Program-made: the position numbers and the translations under genes | Shown: positions 38,760 through 47,173 of the stretch, in pieces | Numbering within the stretch: position 1 is the stretch's first letter | How the letters are laid out: the number at the start of each line of letters is the position of its first letter | DNA from: an uncultured delta proteobacterium | GTDB lineage: Bacteria; Myxococcota_A; Polyangia; Polyangiales; Polyangiaceae | Reading direction: 5' to 3' | NCBI GenBank assembly: GCA_963716725.1 | Contig: CAVQUB010000030.1 | Location: 32,001-96,000 of the forward strand | Length of the DNA: 64,000 bases | Notes under the pieces: model-generated | The model's input: only the letters and a program-made list of their open reading frames with translations | What the model was told of the DNA's origin: nothing | Database searches by the model: none

Positions 38760-39812
38760 CTAGCCGCACAACCCGACTTCTTCGCCTGTGGCGACCTGGC
38801 AGGTCGTTCCGCCGGTGCAATCTGCGCTGACGCCCGCGCGGCAGAACTTGACGCAGGTGAGGCTCGAGCCGCCTGTGGAGTAGCACCCGCCGCGCCAGGC
38901 TTTGCCGTCGCTGCCACAGGGCTCGCCGGCGGTGGAGCCGCTGGAGCAGGTCCCTCCCAGAGCAGCCGAGTCGCCGCTTTCGGCGAAGCAGAGGCTGTTC
39001 ACCGCGCAGTGCTGGCCGCTGAGGCAGCTTGGGCTGGTGGACCAGAATGTGCATTGCTTGCGACATACGCTGGCGCTTTGGTCCGTTGCGCAGAGCAGGC
39101 CCTGGGCGCAGTTGGTGTTGATGTTCGAGGACGAGCAGGTTTGACCTTGGCCCGCGCTGCCCGCGGCCCAACAGAACCCTGACGCGCCCGCGAGACCCGG
39201 CTTGCAGGTCGCTCCTCCAGCGCACGGCGTTCCATTGAAGGTGCACTCGGGGTAGCACGCGCCCACCGTCGCATTGTCTTCTTGCGTGACACAGGTCTTG
39301 CCGGTCGCGCAATCGATGATGTCCGAGCACTGCCCCGCGACGCACTTCGCCGTCGCCGGATCGCACACCATGGTCATCGGGTTGGCGCAGTCGCTCGCGT
39401 CGCTGCAGGTCGTGCCGCCACCTCCGCTCGCACCCGATCCGCCAAAGCCTCCGGTTGCGCCCGAACCCCCGGTTGCGCCCGATCCGCCGAAGCCCCCGGT
39501 TGCACCGGATCCGCCGAAGCCCCCGGTCGCACCGGATCCGCCGAAGCCCCCGGTCGCACCGGATCCGCCGAAGCCTCCGGTGGCGCCCGATCCGCCGCCG
39601 CCTCCGGTAGCGCCGACTCCGCCGCCGCCTCCGGTAGCGCCGACTCCGCCGCCGCCTCCGGTGGCGCCGACTCCGCCGCCGAAGCCCCCGGTCGCACCTG
39701 CGCCCCCGAACCCCGAGCTGCCGTCGGGTCCCGCGTCGCCCACGCCGCCACCGCCGCCGGTGGATGAGCAGGCAACCAACAGCAATGCGAAAAACGGAGT
39801 TCCGGCTTTCAT
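38760..39812 (-). CDS. Gly-rich linker / Cys-rich lipoprotein
   Basis: AGGAGG SD, FFALLLVAC lipobox, GGFGGSGAT repeats, then a Cys-repeat domain. Confidence 0.85.
   Translation of the reverse strand: MKAGTPFFALLLVACSSTGGGGGVGDAGPDGSSGFGGAGATGGFGGGVGATGGGGGVGATGGGGGVGATGGGGGSGATGGFGGSGATGGFGGSGATGGFGGSGATGGFGGSGATGGSGATGGFGGSGASGGGGTTCSDASDCANPMTMVCDPATAKCVAGQCSDIIDCATGKTCVTQEDNATVGACYPECTFNGTPCAGGATCKPGLAGASGFCWAAGSAGQGQTCSSSNINTNCAQGLLCATDQSASVCRKQCTFWSTSPSCLSGQHCAVNSLCFAESGDSAALGGTCSSGSTAGEPCGSDGKAWRGGCYSTGGSSLTCVKFCRAGVSADCTGGTTCQVATGEEVGLCG
39430..39710. repeat. 27-nt coding tandem repeat (about 9-10 units; GGFGGSGAT / GGGGGVGAT)
   Basis: Units such as gatccgccgaagcccccggtcgcaccg repeat near-perfectly. 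Confidence 0.9.
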
Positions 39813-39856
39813 GTGACCTCCTACGAAAAGCACCCCGGAGAGCTTCCTCCCGTCCA

Positions 39857-42316
39857 TCAGCTCTTCACCCTCAGCATCGCCGGATCGTAGAGCGGCTTCA
39901 TCGACGCGACGGCGGGGTACAGCTTGCCGGCGATATCCACCTGCCATGTTCCCTGATCGAGGTACGCCGAGGTCACGGGCTCGCCCGCCTCGATCATCGC
40001 CAAGCCCACCGCGCCGCCGAGGGTGTGCCCATACGAAGCAGCGCGGATGTAGCCGACCGGCTTGCCGTTCCGATGCACGATCTCTGCGTGGTACATCAGC
40101 GGCTCCGGATCCTTCACCAAGATTTGCACGATGCGCCGCGTGAGCGGGCCCTGCGCCTTCTTGGCCGCGACCGCGTCTCTGCCCAGGAAGCCGCCCGGTT
40201 TCTCCAGCGCTACGGCAAATCCTAGACCGGCTTCGAGCACCGAGTCGGTGTTGTCGATGTCGTGACCGTAGTCGCGATAGCCCTTCTCCATGCGCAGGCT
40301 CGCCAGGGCTTTGAGCCCCGCGTGCCGCAAGCCGACCTTGGCGCCGGCCGCGACCAGGCGATCGTAGACATGGGTCGCTTGCTCGGCAGGAACGTACAGC
40401 TCGTAACCCAACTCGCCGAGGTAAGTGATGCGCACGCACAACGCCCGCGCGTAGCCGATGTCGATCTCGCGCGCACAGCGGAAAGGAAACGCCGCGTTGG
40501 CCAGGTCACAGGTCGTCACCAGCTGCATCAACTCGCGGGAGCGCGGGCCTTGCACGTTGATCTGCGCGTAGGCCGAGGTCACGTCGGTGACGAAGGCGTG
40601 CGCGTCGTCCGGCATCTGACGCCGCATCCAGCCGAGCACGTGGCGGTGGGCCGTGTCCGAGGCGACGACCCAATAGCGATCGTCGCCCAGCTTGGTCACG
40701 GTGAGATCGGCCTCCAGCGTGCCGCCTTCGTTCAGCCACTGCGTGTAGGTGATCATTCCGGCCGCACCGTCCACGTCATTGGCCGAGATGAAGTTCAGGA
40801 AGCGTCCCGCGTCCCGGCCTTCGACCCAGAACTTCGCCATGAACGACATGTCCATGAGGATCACGCCTTCCCGCGCCGCGCGGTGCTCGGCCTCCCAGTG
40901 CGGAAACCAGTCCTGTCGTCCCCAGGACAGCGGGCCTGGCGTCGGCTCGGTGCCGGCCGGCGCGTACCAATCAGCGCCTTCCCAGCCGCTCACGTCTCGG
41001 AAGTAGGCGCCTTGGGCCGCGAGCCGGTCATAGATCGCCGACTTCTTCGCGCCGCGCGCCGTCTGCATTGACCGCGTCGGATAGTGGCACTGGTAGACCA
41101 TGCCGAGGGACTCGACGGTTCGGGTTCGGCGGTACTCGGGGTTCGCCTGATAGGTGTGCAGGCGATCGATGTTCATGCCGGTGACGTCCACGTCCGGGCG
41201 GCCGGTGACGATCCAGTGTGCCAGCACGCGCCCGAGGCCGCCGCCGGTGATGATACCGATGGAGTTGAGCCCCGCCGCGACGAAGTAGTTTCGGAGCTCC
41301 GGGGCCTCGCCGATCACGGGCGACAGATCCGGCGTGAAGCTCTCGGGACCACAGAAAAACTTGCGAACTCCAACCTCGAGGGAAATCGGCACGCGCTGCA
41401 TGGCCTTCTCGACGTAAGGACCCATGCGGTCCCAGTCCGGCGTGATCTCACCGAACGAAAAATCTTCGGGCACGCCCTCGACCTTCCAGGGCGCGCACAC
41501 CGGCTCGAAGAGGCCGATCATCAGCCCGCCGACCTCTTCGCGATAGTAGCCGTACGACGCCGGATCTTCGATCACGGGCCATGACTTCGAGAGCCCGGGG
41601 ACCTTGTCGGTGATGAGGTAGTAGTGCTCCGCGGCCTGGAGCGGCACGTTCACGCCGGATTTGTCGGCGAGCTGCCGACCCCACATGCCCGCGCAATTCA
41701 CCACCACCTCGGCCTCGATGTCGCCGAAGGGTGTTCGAACGCCGGTCACAGTGCGGCCACGAGTCGAGAGTCCGGTGACTGCGACGCCTTCGAGCACCGT
41801 CACGCCCTTCAGGCGCGCGCCCTTGGCCAGCGACATGGTCGCGTCCACCGGGTTCACGCGTCCGTCTCCCTGAACGTAGAAGCCCGCGAGCAGGTCGTCG
41901 GTCTTCGCGAGCGGGAACAGTTCCTTGACCTGGGAGGCGGAGATCTCGTGCACGTCCACGCCGCAGTGGCGGTTGAACGCGGCCACGCGGCGGTACTCCT
42001 CCAAGCGATCGCGCTGGGCGGCCAGCTCGATGAAGCCGACGGGCTCGAACCCGGTGGACAGCCCGGTCTCGGCTTCGAGCCGGCTGTAGAGATCGCGCGT
42101 GTACTTGCGCATCTCCGTCGAAGTCTCCGAGGTCGAGCCGAAGGTCACCATGAGGCCGGCGGCGTGCCAGGTGGTGCCCGAGGTCAGTCGATCGCGCTCG
42201 AGCAGCACGATGTCCTTCCAACCCAGGTGAGCCAGGTGATAGGCGACGGAGCAGCCGATCACTCCGCCTCCGATGACGACGACCCGCGCGTGTTTCGGCA
42301 GTACCGGTTCGGACAT
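39857..42316 (-). CDS. GcvT-family FAD oxidoreductase (sarcosine/dimethylglycine dehydrogenase-like)
   Basis: IGGGVIG, SGTTWHAAG, GPESFTPD, YLGELGYEL, SLRMEKGYR. Confidence 0.93.
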   Translation of the reverse strand: MSEPVLPKHARVVVIGGGVIGCSVAYHLAHLGWKDIVLLERDRLTSGTTWHAAGLMVTFGSTSETSTEMRKYTRDLYSRLEAETGLSTGFEPVGFIELAAQRDRLEEYRRVAAFNRHCGVDVHEISASQVKELFPLAKTDDLLAGFYVQGDGRVNPVDATMSLAKGARLKGVTVLEGVAVTGLSTRGRTVTGVRTPFGDIEAEVVVNCAGMWGRQLADKSGVNVPLQAAEHYYLITDKVPGLSKSWPVIEDPASYGYYREEVGGLMIGLFEPVCAPWKVEGVPEDFSFGEITPDWDRMGPYVEKAMQRVPISLEVGVRKFFCGPESFTPDLSPVIGEAPELRNYFVAAGLNSIGIITGGGLGRVLAHWIVTGRPDVDVTGMNIDRLHTYQANPEYRRTRTVESLGMVYQCHYPTRSMQTARGAKKSAIYDRLAAQGAYFRDVSGWEGADWYAPAGTEPTPGPLSWGRQDWFPHWEAEHRAAREGVILMDMSFMAKFWVEGRDAGRFLNFISANDVDGAAGMITYTQWLNEGGTLEADLTVTKLGDDRYWVVASDTAHRHVLGWMRRQMPDDAHAFVTDVTSAYAQINVQGPRSRELMQLVTTCDLANAAFPFRCAREIDIGYARALCVRITYLGELGYELYVPAEQATHVYDRLVAAGAKVGLRHAGLKALASLRMEKGYRDYGHDIDNTDSVLEAGLGFAVALEKPGGFLGRDAVAAKKAQGPLTRRIVQILVKDPEPLMYHAEIVHRNGKPVGYIRAASYGHTLGGAVGLAMIEAGEPVTSAYLDQGTWQVDIAGKLYPAVASMKPLYDPAMLRVKS

Positions 42317-42351
42317 GGCGGGCGAGCATATCAAAGTCCGAACAGCACCGG

Positions 42352-43032
42352 TCACCCGGGACGGATCTTCCCCGCGATGTTGGCGAGCCAGTCGGTGCCT
42401 GCGCGCTCGAGGTGGTCGAAGGTTGCGTCGTCACCGTAGGCGACGGCGGTCCACATGGCGCGGGACAGATTCACCAGCCCAGCGATGCGCGCCGAACGTG
42501 TCACATTTCCGAGAGCGACGGCAGCCGCTTCGGTTTGTGCGAGCGACGACATCAGGAGCGCCCGCGGCGCCGATGCCGAGGTCAGCCCGCACCAGGCTTC
42601 CCAGTCGTCTTGATAGGCCTCCGGAGTCGTGGAGCCGAGACCGAGCTTGCTCGCGAGGTTCGAAAGGAAGTGCCACCTGGGGGAGGGGTCACTCGCATCG
42701 TAGTCGTCGCCCGAAGCGAGCCAGATCTCCGTCGCACTCTCGACGGTCTCAGCGTCCAGCTTCGCGGCCGCCGGGGAAGCGTGTTTCGAGAACGCCTCGA
42801 TCACGCTTGCACCCGTGCTGCGGGAGCCATCGTTCACGGCTTGGGCGAGCCAGACGCGTGCCGCGCGATCGGGCTCCCACCCGAGCAGGGCGAGCCACAG
42901 CTTGTCGGAGCCCGCCTTGGAGAAGCGCTCTGCTGCGGTCTGCCGCTGGAGCGCGTCTCGGCTGGGAGCCGCCCGGGCGGCGGTGTTGGGCGAGTGGCCC
43001 TGGGCTCGGCGGAGCTTCCTTTTGTTGGACAC
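42352..43032 (-). CDS. hypothetical protein
   Basis: GTG 43032 lies 7 nt after a near-consensus TACAAT; plausible helical product. Confidence 0.6.
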   Translation of the reverse strand: MSNKRKLRRAQGHSPNTAARAAPSRDALQRQTAAERFSKAGSDKLWLALLGWEPDRAARVWLAQAVNDGSRSTGASVIEAFSKHASPAAAKLDAETVESATEIWLASGDDYDASDPSPRWHFLSNLASKLGLGSTTPEAYQDDWEAWCGLTSASAPRALLMSSLAQTEAAAVALGNVTRSARIAGLVNLSRAMWTAVAYGDDATFDHLERAGTDWLANIAGKIRPG

Positions 43033-43039
43033 GGGGCGG

Positions 43040-43045
43040 ATTGTA
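43040..43045 (-). promoter_or_regulatory. putative -10 element (TACAAT) of a leaderless transcript
   Basis: One mismatch from TATAAT in GC-rich context, 7 nt from the start codon. Confidence 0.6.
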
Positions 43046-43127
43046 CATGACGCGGCGCTACTGGTCGTTGATCGCCGGGGCCCGCGCGAGTAGTCCTGAT
43101 CGAGCCACGCCTGGCGGGAGGACACCG

Positions 43128-43520
43128 ATGCTCAAGGTCGAAGACATCATGACCCGGAATGTGATGACCGTTTCGCCCACCACCCCGCTCGATGAATTGG
43201 CGTGGGGGCTCACGCAGAAGGGCGTGAGCGGCGCGCCGGTGCAGGACGCAGGCGGGCACCTGCTCGGATTGGTCACCAAGAGCGACCTCGCCGATCCCAA
43301 CCGTCCCAACAAGTTGCACGCAGCGACGGTCGAGGACGTGATGAGCCCCTTCGTCTTCGCCATCCCCGCGACCGATTCGGTGCTCGACGCTGCCAAGCGC
43401 ATGGTCGATACCGGCAGCCACCGGCTCGTGGTGGTCGACGGCCAAGGGCATGTGGCGGGCATCATCTCGACCATGGACGTCGTGCGCGCATTGGTCGACG
43501 GCAAGCTTGGCCGGGCATGA
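43128..43520 (+). CDS. tandem CBS domain protein
   Basis: GGAGG SD; KVEDIMT, SGAPV, GLVTKSDL, TVEDVM, GIISTMDV. Confidence 0.92.
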   Translation: MLKVEDIMTRNVMTVSPTTPLDELAWGLTQKGVSGAPVQDAGGHLLGLVTKSDLADPNRPNKLHAATVEDVMSPFVFAIPATDSVLDAAKRMVDTGSHRLVVVDGQGHVAGIISTMDVVRALVDGKLGRA

Positions 43521-43924
43521 GCCCGAAGGACAAAGGCGATCGCGAAGCTATCCTCTCCCGACGTCGGCTCTTCGTCGCGTCGGCGATGGCGAGCATCGTG
43601 GTTGCGGAGCCGGCCTGCGACACCCTGTTCAGACCCTGTCTGGAGCCGGCGATGCGCCCCGACGCGGAGCCGACGATGTGCCTCGCCGTGCCGCTGAGTC
43701 CCCGCGACGCATCGGTGTCGATCGTCACCGACGCCGGATCGGGCGCGGACGCCGCCGCCGAGCCCTGCCTGAGCGTTGCGCGCCCGCCGCCCGACGCCGG
43801 GCGAGACGCAGCGACCGAGCCGCCCCGTCCGTGTCTGGGGCCGTCGCGTCCGAGGCCCTGCCTATCGCCGCCGCCGCCGCCGCCGCAACCCTGCCTCAAG
43901 CCTTCGGGTGGCGGCTTCCCCTGA
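43517..43924 (+). CDS. small exported Pro-rich protein with six (P/M)CL motifs
   Basis: ATGA-coupled to the CBS gene; ILSRRRLFVASAMASIVV leader; RPCLE, TMCLA, EPCLS, RPCLG, RPCLS, QPCLK. Confidence 0.75.
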   Translation: MSPKDKGDREAILSRRRLFVASAMASIVVAEPACDTLFRPCLEPAMRPDAEPTMCLAVPLSPRDASVSIVTDAGSGADAAAEPCLSVARPPPDAGRDAATEPPRPCLGPSRPRPCLSPPPPPPQPCLKPSGGGFP

Positions 43925-45599
43925 TCCGACGACGGAGTCGCGCCAGCGCGAGCAGGCCGAGGCCGATCAGCGCCGCCGACGAGCCGGGACGTCCGGGAAG
44001 CTGACAGCCACAACCGGAGTCTTCGTCGCTCTCGGCCGCCTTTTTTCCACCACCACCGCTGGCGCCGCCGCTGCTGGCGCCGCCGCTGCTGGCGCCGCCG
44101 CTCCCAGCACCGCCGCCGGCCGATCCGCCGCCGCTGCCGGAGACACCGCCGCCGCCGGACACGCCGCCGCCGCCACCGCTGGAGGAGCCTCCCACGCCGG
44201 GTCCACCGTCCGGGGGCACGACGCTGCCGTCGTGCCACTCGAAGGCGCCGACGTCCACGGCGCTGCCTTGAGGACGTGGAATGCCTTCGATGTCGATCTT
44301 CGGAGCCTGATCGCTGGAGCCCTGGTTGATGGCGGGCGCGGTGGGGATCAGGTGCAGGTCGTTCTTGGCCGCGCTGACGAAGAACTGCGCGTAGTCCTTG
44401 AGCTCGATGTTGTGATCCTCGGTCACCCCCGCCGCGGCCAGGTTCAGATCGGTGGTCAGGTTGTTGCGCACCAAACAGCCCGTGGGCGCGGTGCCGTTCT
44501 TGTGCGCCCCGATCTGGATCCAGGGGGGGCCAGGCTTCTCCGTGTTCGGATCGATCACGGTGTTGTTCACCACCCGGCTGTTCTTGGCGCCCAAGAGCGT
44601 GATGCCGTGCCAGTGATCGGTGATGATCACGTTGTTCTCGATCACCCAGTCGACGAAGGTGCCGTCGAAGCAGCCGATGCCCTGGAGCGGGCCGCGGAGC
44701 GTCTGGTTGGGGTCTTCGTAGTTGATGATCACGTTGCCGCGCAGCATGACGCCGACCACCTGTCCGGTGCCGACCTTGCCGTCCCCGCCCACCGACCACG
44801 ACTGGAAGCCGTCGTCGTGGTTGTCGTTGACGTCGTAGCAGTTCTTGACGGTGTTGTATTGGAAGGTCGTGTAGTCGCCGAGGCCGCGCAGGCCGTCGCC
44901 GGCGAAGGAGTCGACGACGTTCTTCTCGATCAGTGAGTTCTTGGCGGTGACGCTGATGCCGAAGTTCACGTTCTTGATGTCGTTGCCGCGGATGGTGATC
45001 TTGTCGCCCGCGACCTGGAACACGTTGGCCGAGAGCGTGTCCCACTCGCTGGCGGTCCAGGCCGAGACGTCGGCCTTCGATCGGAGCACGCAGCTCTCGA
45101 CCGTGATCTCGCTCACGGGCCCTTGGGAGGCGTGGTTCTCGATGGCGACCATGGTGGCCTTGGCGTAGGTCGGCGCAAAGTCCGGGCTGATGGCCAGGCC
45201 CACCAGCTTCCAGTTGGAGCTCGACCGCACCAGCACCTTGCTCAACTTCGGCGTGTGCCCGGCCTGGGCGGCGACGGTGATGAGGCCCGTGTTGTAGTGG
45301 CTCGTGATGTCCAGTGAGCCGTGGTAGCCGTCGCGCAGCCAGAGGGTGTCTCCGGCTTTGACCACGCCGCTCGCGTTCTTGGCCACGAGCTTCGAGGCGC
45401 TGGTGTGGGGCACGACGTCCCACCCCTGAGTCTGGACCTTGCCGGTGCTGATCACCTCGTTGATGCTCTTCCACGGTTTGGCCGAGCTGCCATCGCCGGC
45501 CGCGCTGCCGTTGACCGGATCGACGTAGAAGTCGGCGGCGAGGGCGGTGGTGGAAAAGCAAACGATGGCGGCGGAGATGCCCAAGGCGACGCTACGCAT
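43896..45599 (-). CDS. secreted right-handed beta-helix (pectin-lyase-like) protein with choice-of-anchor-Q-like region and MYXO-CTERM
   Basis: Signal peptide, FYVDP..G...GDGS...PW, parallel beta-helix repeats, DLHL...PAINQG...DVGAFE, tail DSGCGC..hydrophobic..RLRRR. Confidence 0.85.
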   Translation of the reverse strand: MRSVALGISAAIVCFSTTALAADFYVDPVNGSAAGDGSSAKPWKSINEVISTGKVQTQGWDVVPHTSASKLVAKNASGVVKAGDTLWLRDGYHGSLDITSHYNTGLITVAAQAGHTPKLSKVLVRSSSNWKLVGLAISPDFAPTYAKATMVAIENHASQGPVSEITVESCVLRSKADVSAWTASEWDTLSANVFQVAGDKITIRGNDIKNVNFGISVTAKNSLIEKNVVDSFAGDGLRGLGDYTTFQYNTVKNCYDVNDNHDDGFQSWSVGGDGKVGTGQVVGVMLRGNVIINYEDPNQTLRGPLQGIGCFDGTFVDWVIENNVIITDHWHGITLLGAKNSRVVNNTVIDPNTEKPGPPWIQIGAHKNGTAPTGCLVRNNLTTDLNLAAAGVTEDHNIELKDYAQFFVSAAKNDLHLIPTAPAINQGSSDQAPKIDIEGIPRPQGSAVDVGAFEWHDGSVVPPDGGPGVGGSSSGGGGGVSGGGGVSGSGGGSAGGGAGSGGASSGGASSGGASGGGGKKAAESDEDSGCGCQLPGRPGSSAALIGLGLLALARLRRRIRGSRHPKA

Positions 45600-45616
45600 G
45601 CCGAGAGAGTACTGGC

Positions 45617-47062
45617 CTAGAGCAGCGGCGACAATACCCGCGCTCCGCCTTCGAAGAGGCGCCGCGAGAGCGGCAGACGAAGGCGGCTGGCCACCGTGAC
45701 TTGCTTGGCGTCACTGAGATCCCGCTCGAAGTTCGCGGCCAATTCTTCGGCAATCCGCTTGCTGTAGACCAGGGCGGTGACCTCGAAGTTCAGGCGAAAG
45801 CTGCGGTTGTCGAAGTTCGCCGTTCCGATGCTGCCCATCCAGTCGTCGATCACCAGCGTCTTCGCGTGCAGCATGCGCGTCTGGTACTCGAAGATCCGTA
45901 CCCCCGCGCGCAGCAGCGGGTCGTAGTGCGAGCGCGCCGCGGCACTGACGGTGCGCGAATCGCTCTTGTGGGGCACGAGCACGCGCACGTCCACTCCGCG
46001 CAGCGCCGCAGCCTTGAGCGCAAACGACATGGCCTCGTCCGGGATGAAGTACGGCGTGCAGAGCCAGGCCCGCGACGCGGCCATGTTGATCGCCGCGAAG
46101 AACGCCGCCTTGATGGTCTCGTGCTCCTTGTCGGGGCCCGAATCGAGGATCTGCACCAGGTCGCCCTGGGCGACCGGATCGGTCGCGAAGAGCGAGGGCT
46201 CGCTGGGCGCGGGCTTCTTCGCGTAACACCAGTCTTCGAGGAAGACGAGCTGAAGCTGGGCGACGCAGGGCCCTTCGAGCCGCAGGTGCGTGTCGCGCCA
46301 GGCATCGGGTCGCAGCTGAGTGTTCTCTTCGTCCGTGATGTTGATCCCTCCGGTGAACCCGATACGACCATCGACGACCAAGATCTTGCGGTGGTTGCGG
46401 AAGTTGAGCACTCGCCCCCAGAGCGCTGCGGGTCCGAGCGGGCTGTACACGCCGACCTCAGCGCCGGCTGCCAGTAGCGGGCCAAAGAAGCTGGAGTCGC
46501 GGCGGGCGCGAGCCGAGCCCACGGCGTCGACGAGTACTCGCACTTTCACCCCGGCGCGCGCACGTTCGAGCAGCGCGTCGCGAAACGACCGGCCGGTCTC
46601 GTCGGGTTCGAAGATGTAGTAGAGCACGTGAACGTGATCGCGGGCGCCGGCGATGGCTTCGAGCATGGACGCGTAGGTCGCCGCGCCGTCAATCAAGACC
46701 TCGGCTCGGGTTGCCCGGGCGAGCGGCGCGCGGTTGACCGCCTCGACCAAGTGCGCGAGCTGGGCGGCGTCACGAAAGGTGCCGGGGTCGCGGATCGCGA
46801 GGGCTTCGGCCGCGAGCGCGGGGTGCAAGATCGCGTTCTTCGCCCGCAGGCGGCGTAGGCGGCGGCGCCGCATGCGGCGCGGGCCGAAGAAGAAGTAGAT
46901 CAAGAAGCCGGCACCCGGCAGCGCGACGAGTCCGAAGATCCAGGCCAAGGTCGCGGCTGGACTGCGCTTCTCGAGCAGGATCCAGCCTGCGAGCAGCGGC
47001 ACGTAGATCGCTTCGACGATCGTCAGCGCCGTCCAATAGGACGCGAGGTCGCTCGGTAGCAT
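45617..47062 (-). CDS. cls: cardiolipin synthase
   Basis: Two N-terminal TM helices, two HKD motifs (NHRKILVVDG, LHAKTLVID), WRDTH, NFDNRSF.LNFE. Confidence 0.95.
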   Translation of the reverse strand: MLPSDLASYWTALTIVEAIYVPLLAGWILLEKRSPAATLAWIFGLVALPGAGFLIYFFFGPRRMRRRRLRRLRAKNAILHPALAAEALAIRDPGTFRDAAQLAHLVEAVNRAPLARATRAEVLIDGAATYASMLEAIAGARDHVHVLYYIFEPDETGRSFRDALLERARAGVKVRVLVDAVGSARARRDSSFFGPLLAAGAEVGVYSPLGPAALWGRVLNFRNHRKILVVDGRIGFTGGINITDEENTQLRPDAWRDTHLRLEGPCVAQLQLVFLEDWCYAKKPAPSEPSLFATDPVAQGDLVQILDSGPDKEHETIKAAFFAAINMAASRAWLCTPYFIPDEAMSFALKAAALRGVDVRVLVPHKSDSRTVSAAARSHYDPLLRAGVRIFEYQTRMLHAKTLVIDDWMGSIGTANFDNRSFRLNFEVTALVYSKRIAEELAANFERDLSDAKQVTVASRLRLPLSRRLFEGGARVLSPLL

Positions 47063-47173
47063 CTACTGACGCATCCGTCCGCTGAGCTGATCGGTTGCAG
47101 GTCGTGCCCAGCGCCTCACGGCCCGCACTATATCGCGTTCGGCGACCTCGGTTCCTGCTAGCTTTTGTGCGAA

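Noticed and set aside
39430..39710. Regularly spaced repeats considered as a CRISPR array (also 49467-49562 and 44056-44100)
   Set aside because: No unique spacers, unit lengths are multiples of 3, they encode low-complexity linkers, and no cas genes are present
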